20,842 bases of DNA from Armatimonadota bacterium. GTDB taxonomy: Bacteria > Armatimonadota > Fimbriimonadia > Fimbriimonadales > GBS-DC. A program made the translations under genes and the position numbers. This document shows positions 1 through 9,157 of this stretch, piece by piece. Positions within the stretch are counted from its first letter, which is position 1; each line of letters begins with the position of its first letter. Under the pieces are notes generated by a model, which was given only the letters and a program-made list of their open reading frames with translations, was not told the origin of the DNA and did no database searches. The DNA lies in assembly GCA_037444405.1 (NCBI GenBank), contig JBBIML010000035.1, positions 1 through 20,842 on the forward strand, written 5' to 3'.

Positions 1-152
1 CCGAAGTTGAACAGCACGATCAGCAGGTCGGCGTCATCCACGATGTTATCGCCGTTCACATCCTCCGGGCAGCCCGAACAGAAGTTGCCGAAGGCGAACA
101 GCACGGCTAACAGGTCGGCATCGTCCACCACGCCATCCCTGTTCACATCGCC
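1..152 (-). other. Dockerin type I-like / EF-hand-like duplicated Ca-binding motif
   Basis: Two DVNxDxxVDDADLLxVLFxF motifs in tandem. Confidence 0.8.
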
Positions 153-1886
153 CTCACAACCGGGCGGCGTCTCGCAGCCTGCCGGGCTGACAAAGTAGGC
201 GCCCTGCAGGGTGATGGTGTAGGTGCCGCTACCACCGGAACCAGTCCAGCCTGCTATCGGGTTCGAAGCGCCCGGACCATCGGGACAGCGAACCCCGCTG
301 AAGGGTGTGTTGTTCCAGATGAGCTGCCCGCTGGCGTCGATCGGATCCTGGTTGTAGCCCGTGATTGCCAGCAGGTAGATGCCCGATTCGGTGATACAGC
401 CTGTGGAGTTGTCGATCTGGGATTGCAGTCCGACGGAGTCGTCGTTATGCACCACGCCCGTGCCATCGCAGCGGAACAGGAACAGCTGGGTGTCGAAGCC
501 CGCGCCGCCCACCGTGCTGGCGACGAAGCTATTCGGGTCGGTGATGCAGATGATGTACATATCGGCATCGGTGCCACTCGTTCGGTTGCCCGTGATGCGT
601 GTGACCGCCGTTGCGCAGGGTTCTGCTTCGGGTCGCGCAACAACCTGCGCGGTGGAGGGCAGATCGCCCGCATCGCCGCCGCCGTTAGCGGTCTCGTCCC
701 AGTGATCGATCGGCGGTGGCGGACAGTCGTCGGGATCACCCGCGCTGGCGCCCTCGGCGCCCTGCAGGGTGATGATGTAGGTGCCGCCTGCGCCCGTAGC
801 GCCCGACCAGCCTAACACGCGCGAGGTCGATTCGGGACCATCAGGGCAGCGAATAGCCCCGAAGGGTGAGTCGTTCCAGATGAGTCCACCACCACAGCCC
901 ACCGGGTCGCGGTTATATGCGCTCACGGCAAGGTAGTAGACACCCGGACCTGGAATACAGAAGGTGGAGTTATCGATGTAAGAGATCAGCCCGAAGGTGT
1001 CGTCGTTGTGCACGACGCCGTTGCCGTTCGCGTCGAACAGGAAGAGTTGGGTGTCGAACAGGGCGCCGCAGCGGAGCGATGCGCTAAAGAGGTTGGGATC
1101 GGAAATGTAGATGGCGTACATATCCACGCCGTCAGCTTCCAGATCGCCCCGAATGGCGGTCAGCACGCCGCTGCCAGTGCTCTGAGCGGTTTCAGGGGTA
1201 TCACCAGCGTCTCCACCACCGTTGACTGCCTCATCCCAGCCTGTGAATGGCGGGGTAGTCCCAAACTGGAAGGAGAGCGTGCCGCTGTCCCAGTTGCCGT
1301 CCTGCCCGCAGCCACCGAAGTCATCGAAGGTTTCGAAGAACTCCAGGTAGAGATTGCCGTCAGGTAGCGGCAGATCGGGGAAGCCGTACACATCGCACAG
1401 CTTGTTCACGGCGCCGCTGGAGTAGCAACCGGAGCCAGCAGAGCAATCGGCAGCACCGGGACGGAGAATGTAGCCTTCGCCATTCACATTCGTGATCAGC
1501 ACGGCAATTTCGCAGCGCCAGCTGGGTGAGGTTGCCGTCAGACACACATCCCAGCCGATGCCGTTGAAGTTGTCTCTACCAGCGGGTGCGGGGATGGTGA
1601 GCCGCACATTGCACGACGCGCCTGCGCTATCATAGCTGGGTGTGCCCGTTACATCGACGACAACCACATCGCCGCTTGCCGGGGAGAAATCGCCCCCGTT
1701 ATAGGGAGCATAGAGAGCCGGGTTGCGCGGACCGGCATTCACCGGTTCCACGATGAGCGTCGGACGCGGCTTGTCGAACTGGTCTTTGGGAGACGGTACT
1801 CCCTTCTGCGCCAGCATCGGCGCGCTCACACAGAGGGCTATGCTGATCAGCCCCATCCAGCGAAACCAGCCATTGCGTTGCATCAT
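1..1886 (-). CDS. Secreted Cys-rich modular protein: signal peptide, N-terminal beta-rich domain, two ~160-aa internal repeats (PPC/DVUA0089-like) and a C-terminal dockerin-like domain; 3' end runs off the window
   Basis: Manual translation gives an open frame from ATG 1886 (or 1883) to the window edge: MMQRNGWFRWMGLISIALCVSAPMLAQ...GDVNRDGVVDDADLLAVLFAFG...DVNGDNIVDDADLLIVLFNF. AGGAGG RBS at 1891-1896. Absent from the ORF track because the stop lies outside the window. Confidence 0.9.
   Translation of the reverse strand, partial: MMQRNGWFRWMGLISIALCVSAPMLAQKGVPSPKDQFDKPRPTLIVEPVNAGPRNPALYAPYNGGDFSPASGDVVVVDVTGTPSYDSAGASCNVRLTIPAPAGRDNFNGIGWDVCLTATSPSWRCEIAVLITNVNGEGYILRPGAADCSAGSGCYSSGAVNKLCDVYGFPDLPLPDGNLYLEFFETFDDFGGCGQDGNWDSGTLSFQFGTTPPFTGWDEAVNGGGDAGDTPETAQSTGSGVLTAIRGDLEADGVDMYAIYISDPNLFSASLRCGALFDTQLFLFDANGNGVVHNDDTFGLISYIDNSTFCIPGPGVYYLAVSAYNRDPVGCGGGLIWNDSPFGAIRCPDGPESTSRVLGWSGATGAGGTYIITLQGAEGASAGDPDDCPPPPIDHWDETANGGGDAGDLPSTAQVVARPEAEPCATAVTRITGNRTSGTDADMYIICITDPNSFVASTVGGAGFDTQLFLFRCDGTGVVHNDDSVGLQSQIDNSTGCITESGIYLLAITGYNQDPIDASGQLIWNNTPFSGVRCPDGPGASNPIAGWTGSGGSGTYTITLQGAYFVSPAGCETPPGCEGDVNRDGVVDDADLLAVLFAFGNFCSGCPEDVNGDNIVDDADLLIVLFNF
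198..701 (-). repeat. Intragenic domain repeat, copy 2
   Basis: WDETANGGGDAGDLPSTAQ...DMYIICITDPN...FDTQLFLF...HNDD...LIWNNTPF...RCPDGP...GTYTITLQGA; aligns with 756-1238. Confidence 0.85.
756..1238 (-). repeat. Intragenic domain repeat, copy 1
   Basis: WDEAVNGGGDAGDTPETAQ...DMYAIYISDPN...FDTQLFLF...HNDD...LIWNDSPF...RCPDGP...GTYIITLQGA; aligns with 198-701. Confidence 0.85.
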
Positions 1887-1919
1887 CGAACCTCCTTTCG
1901 CGGCCTCAGCCGCACCTCT

Positions 1920-1951
1920 ATTATACCACATTTTGCGCAGGAGCCAGTCAA
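1920..1951 (-). promoter_or_regulatory. Sigma70-type promoter of the secreted protein gene
   Basis: Minus strand TTGACT (1951-1946), 20-nt spacer ending in TGG (extended -10), TATAAT (1925-1920). Confidence 0.7.
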
Positions 1952-2031
1952 GAGGAAATGACCGCTGCCCTGCAGAGAATCCCGCAACCGTCCGATAATA
2001 GCCCTGAATCTGCATCATACATCGAGACACT

Positions 2032-2889
2032 ATGATTATGGCGAGTGATGTTCGCAGGGATATTGAGCGCGCGATTCACGAGCTGCCCGCGCTGCCAGGG
2101 CTGGTGACGCAGCTGGTCGAGCTGGTGGAGAGCGAGAACGCGACCGCTGAGCAGGTAGAGCGCCTCATCACAACCGATCCCGCCCTCACGGTGAAGGTGC
2201 TACATCTGGCGAACTCCGCTTATTACGGGCTGACGCGCACCATCAGCACAGTGAAGCAGGCGGTGATTGTGCTGGGCTTCCACACGGTCAAGAATCTGGT
2301 GCTGGGCGTGTCGGCGTTTATGGCGCTGCGCAACAGTCGGGCGCCCAGCCCGCTGGAACTGGAGCTGTGGGAGCATTCGTTTGCCTGCGCCGGGATTGCC
2401 CGCGAAATCGCGCTGACACAGGGGCGAGGCATCCGCCAGGCGGAGAACGCTTTTATGGCCGGGCTTTTACACGACATCGGTATCCTGTTTTTGCACACCC
2501 GTTTCCCCAGAGAGTATCAGCGGGTGTTGCGCCATGCGAACCCCCAGCGAACACGCCATGAAGTGGAGGGCGCGATTCTGGGCATGGATCACGCGGAGGT
2601 GGGCGCGTTGATCGCTGACGGCTGGAACCTGCCCCCGTTGCTGGTGAACTTGATCGGCAATCACCACGCGCCCGCCCTACCCGACGACGACCTCTGTCTA
2701 CCCACCGCCTGCCTGATGGTGGCGGACCAGTGGAGCTATCAGCGACACAATACCGACCACGGGTTCGCTATCCCACCCATACCCTCGGAAGCCGAGCAGG
2801 TGGTCCACCTGTCGGACGATACCCGCGAAGCCATCGTCACGCGCGTCTTCGAAGCGGTCGCCGCCATGCGGCAGGTCGTTGCCGCATAG
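2032..2889 (+). CDS. HDOD domain signal-transduction protein (stand-alone)
   Basis: LPALP...DPALTVKVLHLANSAYYG...AVIVLG...LWEHS...AGLLHDIG...DHAEVGALIADGWNLP...HH is the HDOD signature. Start may be 2032 or 2038. Confidence 0.92.
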   Translation: MIMASDVRRDIERAIHELPALPGLVTQLVELVESENATAEQVERLITTDPALTVKVLHLANSAYYGLTRTISTVKQAVIVLGFHTVKNLVLGVSAFMALRNSRAPSPLELELWEHSFACAGIAREIALTQGRGIRQAENAFMAGLLHDIGILFLHTRFPREYQRVLRHANPQRTRHEVEGAILGMDHAEVGALIADGWNLPPLLVNLIGNHHAPALPDDDLCLPTACLMVADQWSYQRHNTDHGFAIPPIPSEAEQVVHLSDDTREAIVTRVFEAVAAMRQVVAA

Positions 2890-2951
2890 GGATAGCAGCA
2901 CAGGCAGGAAAAGCCGCGCTTGTCGGCGAATCTTTTTGCCGGTGAGCGCGT

Positions 2952-4064
2952 ATGTTCAAGGGGCTACCGTTGACGCTGGGCGTCGAGGAGGAGTACCAGA
3001 TTGTGGACGCTGAGACGCGCGCCCTCGATTCGTATGTGTCCAAGATTTTGCCCGACGGGCGCGTGCGCCTGCAGGACCAGGTGAAAGAGGAGTTCATGCA
3101 GTCGCAGATCGAAGTGGGCAGTCAGGTCTGTGAGGATGTGCAGCAGGTGCGCGACGAGCTGGGTCGGCTGCGCGGCGCCCTTATTGAAATTGCCGAGTCG
3201 AACGGCAAGCATATCGTGGCAGCGGGCACACACCCCTTCTCCCGCTGGATCGATCAGACTATCACACCGAAGCTGCGCTACAAGGCGCTGGAAGAGAACA
3301 TGCAGGACATCGCCCGTCGCCTGCTCATTTTCGGCATGCATGTGCATGTGGGCATCGGCGATCTGGAGCTGACCATCGATATTTTCAATCAGGTGCGCTA
3401 TTTTTTGCCGCATCTGCTGGCGCTATCGGTCAGCTCGCCCTTCTGGGACGGTCGACGCACGGGGCTGATGTCCTATCGGAGCGTGGTGTTCGAAACCCTG
3501 CCTCGCACCGGGATTCCTGACGCCTTTCGCTCCTATGCCGACTACGACGCCTTCATGAACACGCTGGAGCGAGTGGGCGCGATCGATGACCGCACGAAGG
3601 TGTGGTGGGATGTGCGCCCGCATCCGCACTATAAAACGCTGGAGTTCCGCATCTGCGATGTTTGCACGCGCATCGAGGACGCGGTCTGCATCGTGGCGAT
3701 TATCCAGTCGCTGGTGGCGTTTCTGTACGATTTGCGGCGCAACAATCAGAGCTGGCGGCTCTACCATCGCGATCTGATTCGGGAGAACAAGTGGCGGGCG
3801 GTGCGGCACGGCGTGCGGGGTGAGCTGATCGATTTTGGCATCGGCAAGAGCGTGCCCTATGAGGAGTTGCTGGAGGAGCTGCTGGCGTTCATTCGCCCCT
3901 ATGCGGAGCAGCTGGGCTGCTGGGAGGAAGCGAAGCATGCGCGCCGCATCGTGAAAGAGGGCACCAGCGCGGACTGGCAACTGCGCGTCTATGACGAATC
4001 GGGTGGCGACCTGTGCGCTGTGGTCGACTGGCTGGTTGCGGCGACTCGTGAAGGGGTCAGCTAA
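2952..4064 (+). CDS. ybdK: Carboxylate-amine ligase, YbdK / glutamate-cysteine ligase family 2
   Basis: TLGVEEEYQIVD, AAGTHPFS, FGMHVHVG, LLALSVSSPFW, WWDVRPHP..TLEFRICD, ENKWRAVRHG. Confidence 0.93.
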   Translation: MFKGLPLTLGVEEEYQIVDAETRALDSYVSKILPDGRVRLQDQVKEEFMQSQIEVGSQVCEDVQQVRDELGRLRGALIEIAESNGKHIVAAGTHPFSRWIDQTITPKLRYKALEENMQDIARRLLIFGMHVHVGIGDLELTIDIFNQVRYFLPHLLALSVSSPFWDGRRTGLMSYRSVVFETLPRTGIPDAFRSYADYDAFMNTLERVGAIDDRTKVWWDVRPHPHYKTLEFRICDVCTRIEDAVCIVAIIQSLVAFLYDLRRNNQSWRLYHRDLIRENKWRAVRHGVRGELIDFGIGKSVPYEELLEELLAFIRPYAEQLGCWEEAKHARRIVKEGTSADWQLRVYDESGGDLCAVVDWLVAATREGVS

Positions 4065-5218
4065 AAGCCGTACTCCGCGGGGTTCACCGGGTCGCCGTTG
4101 ATGCGCACTTCGAAGTGGAGATGGGGTCCGGTAGAGTAGCCCGTGCTGCCGACGCGCGCGATAATCTGCCCCCGCTGCACGGTCTGCCCCTCGCTGACCA
4201 GGATCGCGGAGCAGTGCGCGTAGAGGGTGGCGACGCCCCCGCCATGATCGATAATCACGGTGTTGCCGTAGCCGCGTATGTAACGGGCTTCGACCACCAC
4301 GCCCGAATCGGCGGCGACAATCGGCGTGCCGTGCGGGGCGGAGAAGTCGATGCCGTTATGCATGCGGCGCACCTTGAAGATGGGGTGGACTCGCATGCCG
4401 TAGCGGGAGGAGACGGCGCCGTTCACAGGGCGGATGAATCGCCCTGACCATCGCCGGTCGGCGCGGGCGCGTCCGGCGGGGGTTTCCATCAGCGCGCGCA
4501 GGCGGCGGGCTATCGCCTGCGACTCGGCTTCCAGCTCGGCTAACTGCTGTTCATAGAGGGCGCGCTCGCTGGCAATCTGGCGCAGCGTCTCCCGTTTCTC
4601 CTGATGCGCCAGCTGCAACTCGCTCGCCTGCGCCCGCAGGTCGCGTTCCAGACCGGCTATTTCGGCGACCAGCGCGTCCATTCGCGCCTTCGCCTTCGCG
4701 ACCGCCTGCTGGTCGGCTCGCACCGCATCGAGCAGTGCGCGGTCGGTCTTCACAATCTGGCGCAGCACATAGCCCCGACTGGTCAGCTCGCGCATGCTGT
4801 TAGCGCCCAGCAGCACATTCAGATACGAGATGGTGCGGTGTTTATAGGCGGCGCGCAGGCGCTGGATGAGCAACGCCTGTCGTCGCTGGAGCCGCTCGGT
4901 GAGAATCGCCAGCCGTTTCGCCAGCTGGCGCTGTTCCTGACGGGCGCTGGCTAAGCGGTCGCGTGTGGCGCGCAGGCGGTGGGTGATGGCGTCGATCTGG
5001 GCGTCCAGCGTTGCCAGATCGCGGCGCACCCTGCGCTCCTCATGCTTTTTTTGCCGAATCTGCGAGCGCAACTGCCCAATCTGACCCTGCAGGCTCTTCA
5101 GCTCCTGCTGCAGCTTCTGCCTCTGCTGGCTTTTATCGGATTGTGGTGCAAGCGGGGCAAGCAGAAGCAGCCCTCCTGCGCAAATTAGCAACCACCATCC
5201 CTGTGCGCGCATCCACAT
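4061..5218 (-). CDS. Secreted coiled-coil plus M23 peptidoglycan DD-endopeptidase (EnvC/CwlO-like architecture)
   Basis: Signal peptide, long coiled coil, and intact Zn ligands HNGID (HxxxD) and [11 protein letters not shown] (HxH). Stop codon overlaps the ybdK stop. Confidence 0.92.
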   Translation of the reverse strand: MWMRAQGWWLLICAGGLLLLAPLAPQSDKSQQRQKLQQELKSLQGQIGQLRSQIRQKKHEERRVRRDLATLDAQIDAITHRLRATRDRLASARQEQRQLAKRLAILTERLQRRQALLIQRLRAAYKHRTISYLNVLLGANSMRELTSRGYVLRQIVKTDRALLDAVRADQQAVAKAKARMDALVAEIAGLERDLRAQASELQLAHQEKRETLRQIASERALYEQQLAELEAESQAIARRLRALMETPAGRARADRRWSGRFIRPVNGAVSSRYGMRVHPIFKVRRMHNGIDFSAPHGTPIVAADSGVVVEARYIRGYGNTVIIDHGGGVATLYAHCSAILVSEGQTVQRGQIIARVGSTGYSTGPHLHFEVRINGDPVNPAEYGF

Positions 5219-5226
5219 CGTTCCCT

Positions 5227-5256
5227 ACTATACCCATTCGCGACCGTTGTCCGCAA
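5227..5256 (-). promoter_or_regulatory. Putative promoter of the M23 gene (near-leaderless)
   Basis: Minus strand TTGCGG (5256-5251), 18-nt spacer, TATAGT (5232-5227), 8 nt from ATG 5218. Confidence 0.55.
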
Positions 5257-5300
5257 TCCTGCCAGAAAATCGCGCAAATCGGTCAAAAAAGGTCGAACCG

Positions 5301-5331
5301 TTGCACTGTAGTGGTATGCATCGGGTATACT
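5301..5331 (+). promoter_or_regulatory. Putative promoter of the MerR-type gene (near-leaderless)
   Basis: TTGCAC (5301-5306), 19-nt spacer, TATACT (5326-5331), 9 nt before ATG 5341; no SD. Confidence 0.6.
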
Positions 5332-5340
5332 CTGGCTACT

Positions 5341-6036
5341 ATGAAACCCATCGACATGCTGAGGCAGTATCGGCAACAGGAGTACTTTACGATCGAGGAG
5401 CTGGTGGCTGTTGCCAATAGTCTGCTCGAGCAGTGGGCTCCTGTGCAACCGCGCTACAAGGTGGTGACCTTCCCGGATGTTCGGACCGTACGCTTCTATG
5501 CGGCGAACCGGTTGATTGACCCGCCCAGCAAGCGGATGGGCAATCGGGTGCTGTATGACTACCACCATCTGCTGCAGCTGGTCGCGCTTAAGGTGCTTCA
5601 GTCTCAATACATTCCGCTGCGTGCGGTGCAGCGGATGATTGAGAACAAGAGCGCGGAGGAGATTGAGGGGCTGATTGAGTCGGTGCTGGAGAGCCGCTCG
5701 GAGAAGGAGCTGGTGCAGCGGATGGGCGAGGCGGCGAAGGCGCTGGTGGCGGAGACCCCCGCGCCCGCTTATGCCGTCGCTGCGCCGCGCCCCACGGGAT
5801 CACCCTACCCCACGCCCGAAGAGTGGCATCGCTTCATGGTCACACCGTGGCTGGAGGTGGCGGTGCGTCCCGAAGCGGCGCGTACAGCCAGCGTCACCGA
5901 ACTCAATCGGGTCGCCGAGCTGGTGCGCCTGAGTATCCAGAAAGCGTACGAGGCGCAGGCGAAAGCCGAACAGGCACAGCAGCCCAAAGCGGAGGCAGCA
6001 CCGAAGCGGCGCGGGCGCAAGCGCCGCTCTGAATAG
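5341..6036 (+). CDS. MerR-family HTH transcriptional regulator (231 aa)
   Basis: FTIEEL...[17 protein letters not shown]...[16 protein letters not shown]...IPLRAVQ winged HTH. Start moved to ATG 5341 because the longer ORF overlaps the M23 gene. Confidence 0.85.
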   Translation: MKPIDMLRQYRQQEYFTIEELVAVANSLLEQWAPVQPRYKVVTFPDVRTVRFYAANRLIDPPSKRMGNRVLYDYHHLLQLVALKVLQSQYIPLRAVQRMIENKSAEEIEGLIESVLESRSEKELVQRMGEAAKALVAETPAPAYAVAAPRPTGSPYPTPEEWHRFMVTPWLEVAVRPEAARTASVTELNRVAELVRLSIQKAYEAQAKAEQAQQPKAEAAPKRRGRKRRSE

Positions 6037-6104
6037 GAGCCGCTGGCTCCATCGACGCGCCGATTGCGCGGTTAATCGGGTACGGCAGGGCAGTTGCACG
6101 GGCG

Positions 6105-6830
6105 ATGAAAGCCGCAATCATCGGTGGCACCGGCGTGCAACAGCTGCCGGGCTTTGTGTTGCAGCAGGAGCAGGCACTGCCAGGCGAGGTCTACCTGCTG
6201 CACGGTCAGCTGGAGGGCTGCCCGGTGATGCTGCTGCCACGCCACAGCAAGGGGCACCGCGTGCCCCCGCACCAGATTGACCATCGCCGCCATGTGCAAT
6301 TGTTGCGGGAGCAGGGAGTGCAGGCGGTGTTAGCCACGGCCGCCGTCGGCTCCCTGCGCCCCGACTGGACGCCCGGCACGCTCGTGATCCTCAGCGACTT
6401 TCTCGATTTCACGCGCACGGTTTATACGCTTTTCGAGCATGAGGTGGTGCATACCGATTTTTCGCAACCGTTCAGCCCGCTGCTGCGGGAGGCGCTGCTC
6501 CAATCGGCAGGCGAACTGAGACTCAGCGTGCAACCGGAGGGGGTCTATGTGTGCGCGCCGGGACCGCGCTACGAGACGCCCGCCGAAATCCGCATGTTTC
6601 GCATGCTCGGCGGCGATGTGATTGGCATGACCGTCGTGCCAGAGGCGATCCTGTGCCGTGAGGCGGGCATCCACTACGCGGCGGTGGCGGTCGTCACCAA
6701 TCCCGGTACAGGGCTGACCGACCAACCGCTGGATCATTCGGAGGTTACCGAAGTGATGGCGCAGGCAACCGAAGCGATTGCTCACCTGTTCGCCCGCACG
6801 CTGCGCCGTATCCAGGCGGTGCCACTATAG
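6105..6830 (+). CDS. mtnP: MTAP-family purine nucleoside phosphorylase (S-methyl-5'-thioadenosine/thioinosine phosphorylase)
   Basis: AIIGGTG, LPRH..GH.VPPH, AVGSL, HTDFSQPF, GPRYETPAEI, GMT..PEAILCRE, VVTN. Confidence 0.88.
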   Translation: MKAAIIGGTGVQQLPGFVLQQEQALPGEVYLLHGQLEGCPVMLLPRHSKGHRVPPHQIDHRRHVQLLREQGVQAVLATAAVGSLRPDWTPGTLVILSDFLDFTRTVYTLFEHEVVHTDFSQPFSPLLREALLQSAGELRLSVQPEGVYVCAPGPRYETPAEIRMFRMLGGDVIGMTVVPEAILCREAGIHYAAVAVVTNPGTGLTDQPLDHSEVTEVMAQATEAIAHLFARTLRRIQAVPL

Positions 6831-6834
6831 CGGC

Positions 6835-6861
6835 GAGTGCGGAAGCTCCGCTTCCGCAGTC
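6835..6861. repeat. Intergenic palindrome (REP-like hairpin)
   Basis: TGCGGAAGC-TCC-GCTTCCGCA, a perfect 9-bp stem at 6838-6858 with no U-tract. Confidence 0.6.
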
Positions 6862-6878
6862 CCGACCGATAGATAGGG

Positions 6879-8960
6879 ATGGAGCCACTGAAAGCAGCGA
6901 TAAGTGAGGGTTTCCGCCGTCTGGAGGCGCGGGATGGGTTCGAGGTGCGTCCCGTTCAGCATCAGATGGCGGAGTTTATTGCCGAATGCCTGCATGGGGG
7001 TCAGACCGCCTGCATCGAGGCGCCCACCGGCGTCGGCAAGAGCCTCGGCGCGCTCATTCCGCTGATTGCCTGGCTGCTGCAAACAGGCAAGCGGGTGGTG
7101 GTCTCCACCTACACCAATGTGCTGGCGGAGCAATACTGGCGCAAGGATTTGCCGCTCGCGCTGGAGCTGTTCGGGGAGGCGAGCAAACGGTTGCGCGGGC
7201 AACTGGTGATGGGGCGGTCCCGCTACGCCTGCATCGATCGAATTGCTGGGCGCGAGAACAACACCCTGGAGCCTGCATTACAGCGCTTCCTGAAGGAGTG
7301 GGTTCCGCTGGCGCAGGAGGGCACCGAGAGCGAGCTGATGCCCTTTTTGCGGCGCAAGGGCGTGCCCGAAAGCCTGACGCGCGATGTGTGGCGTCGGATT
7401 GCCACGCCGCCCGCCTGCCGCGCCCGCGCCTGCCAGCATTATGCGTCCTGCTTCTATTATCGCCAGCGCCGCGCCGCTGCGAACGCCCCGCTCATCATCA
7501 CCAATCACTCGGTGGTGCTGACCGACGCCCTGCTCAAGGCGAGTGGCGCGGAAGGACTGCTGGACGAGTACGACTATCTGCTGGTGGACGAGGCGCACGA
7601 TTTGCCGGAAGCCGCCCGCAGTGCGCTGGAGTTCGAACTCTCACCCGAAACGCTGGAGGAGATCGTGCGCAACGCCGCCAGCCTCAGCCACCAGATTGCG
7701 AACGCGCTGGAAGGCGAACAGCGCCCGGAGACGCTGCTGAACACCATCGCGGAGCTGGTGCAGGTGCTGGCGCAACGCTGCCACGCCGCCGTGATACCGC
7801 TCAGTGGCGCGGAGCTGCCGCCTGAAGGGCGTATCGTTGCCATCAACCCGCCTGAGCTGATGGACGACGAAGCGGTTCAGAAGGCGTCGCGTCCCGACTG
7901 GCTGCCCCTGATGCAGATGATAGTGGACAATCTCCAGCAGGCGCTGCGCCAGTTCTTCAGCGATTTGAAAAGCGAGCTGAACCACCATCGCCACCAGATG
8001 ACCAACGCGCAGTATGCCGCTGTGCGTGAGGCGTTCAATCAGTACGCGAGCTGGTTCCGCCAGCACTATCTGGGCTTGAACCTGCTGGTGAACCCTGTGG
8101 GCGGGGTGAGCTGGCTGGAGGGGTCGCCACTGGGCTGGCGGGCGTGCTATCAGCCGCTGGAGGTGGCGCCGTGGCTGGCGGAGCATCTGTGGAGCCGTCA
8201 GCCCGCGATCCTGATGAGCGCGACGCTCACCATCGACGGCTCCTTCGAGTTCTTTCGGCGGCAGGTGGGTCTGCCCGAAACGGTGCGCACGCTCCAGCTG
8301 CCCCCTGTATTCGACTACGCGCACCAGTGTGCGCTCTACCTGCCGCCGCGGGGCGCACTGCCGCCGCCACCACGCTCATCCCGTTCCCACGACGCGCCCG
8401 AATATTATCAGGCGGTGGCAGAGCAGCTGACAGCGATTCTGCAGGCGACGCGCGGGCGCGCGCTCGTGCTGTTCACCTCACGAGCAGAGATGGAAGCGGT
8501 GCGGGAGCGACTGCCGCCGCTGCCGAACCTGCGCCTGATGGTGCAGGGCGACAGCGCGACCGCCGACCTCTCCCAGCGGTTTCGGGAGGATACCGGGTCG
8601 GTGCTGTTCGGGCTGCGCTCCTTCTGGACAGGGTTTGACGCGCCCGGTGAGACACTCAGCTGTGTGGTGCTGGTGCGAATCCCGTTCGAGGTGCCGATCA
8701 GCCCGCCGCAGGTAGCACGCCATGCCCTGCTGCGCCTGCGGGGTGAAGACCCCTTCGAAAGCTGGACACTGCCGTTAGCCAAGCAACAGATTCGGCAGGG
8801 GTTCGGACGGCTCATTCGTCGCGCGGACGATAAGGGCGTCGTCTGCCTGCTGGATGCTCGCATCCGCACGCGCCCCTACGGCAAAACGATTCTTGCCAAC
8901 CTGCCCCCGAACATCCCCATCCACACCTCCATCGAAGCCGCCGCCCGACTGATTGCGTAA
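6879..8960 (+). CDS. dinG: ATP-dependent DNA helicase, DinG/YoaA family with Fe-S cluster
   Basis: Q-motif RPVQ, EAPTGVGKS, four Cys (YAC...CRARAC...SCFY), VDEAH, MSATL, FWTGFD, QGFGRLIR. Confidence 0.92.
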   Translation: MEPLKAAISEGFRRLEARDGFEVRPVQHQMAEFIAECLHGGQTACIEAPTGVGKSLGALIPLIAWLLQTGKRVVVSTYTNVLAEQYWRKDLPLALELFGEASKRLRGQLVMGRSRYACIDRIAGRENNTLEPALQRFLKEWVPLAQEGTESELMPFLRRKGVPESLTRDVWRRIATPPACRARACQHYASCFYYRQRRAAANAPLIITNHSVVLTDALLKASGAEGLLDEYDYLLVDEAHDLPEAARSALEFELSPETLEEIVRNAASLSHQIANALEGEQRPETLLNTIAELVQVLAQRCHAAVIPLSGAELPPEGRIVAINPPELMDDEAVQKASRPDWLPLMQMIVDNLQQALRQFFSDLKSELNHHRHQMTNAQYAAVREAFNQYASWFRQHYLGLNLLVNPVGGVSWLEGSPLGWRACYQPLEVAPWLAEHLWSRQPAILMSATLTIDGSFEFFRRQVGLPETVRTLQLPPVFDYAHQCALYLPPRGALPPPPRSSRSHDAPEYYQAVAEQLTAILQATRGRALVLFTSRAEMEAVRERLPPLPNLRLMVQGDSATADLSQRFREDTGSVLFGLRSFWTGFDAPGETLSCVVLVRIPFEVPISPPQVARHALLRLRGEDPFESWTLPLAKQQIRQGFGRLIRRADDKGVVCLLDARIRTRPYGKTILANLPPNIPIHTSIEAAARLIA

Positions 8961-8999
8961 AAAACGGTTCCTGCTGAGAGTGCGGGTAAGGGAACAAGC

Positions 9000-9019
9000 A
9001 GGAGGTGCGCCCCCTTTTT
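9000..9019 (+). terminator. Weak candidate intrinsic terminator after dinG
   Basis: AGGAGG-TGCG-CCCCCT (one mismatch) followed by TTTT. Confidence 0.35.
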
Positions 9020-9089
9020 GCAAGTAGGGGTAGAGGATGTGGAGGAGTGGGGGGTGGTATCGATCTGTTGGCACATTTAGACGAACCCC

Positions 9090-9120
9090 TTGACAAAGGG
9101 GGATATGTGCATGGTATAAT
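9090..9120 (+). promoter_or_regulatory. Consensus sigma70 promoter of rpoBC
   Basis: TTGACA (9090-9095), 19-nt spacer ending in TGG (extended -10), TATAAT (9115-9120). Confidence 0.8.
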
Positions 9121-9157
9121 GACCTTTCGTGTAGACGTCCGACAGAGGAGGTCATAT

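Noticed and set aside
7..1998. Short ORFs listed in 1-2000
   Set aside because: They are explained as alternative frames of the long minus-strand gene or overlap its promoter.
4061..4064. Overlapping stop codons of the convergent ybdK and M23 genes
   Set aside because: A common compact arrangement with no further signal.
5011..5340. N-terminal extension of the MerR ORF
   Set aside because: It overlaps the M23 gene and both promoters; ATG 5341 fits better.
9027..9057. G-rich tract as a G-quadruplex
   Set aside because: Only two runs of three or more G are present, so at best a weak two-tier structure.
9005..9157. 51-aa N-terminal extension of RpoB in the ORF track
   Set aside because: It spans the promoter; the SD and homology point to ATG 9158.
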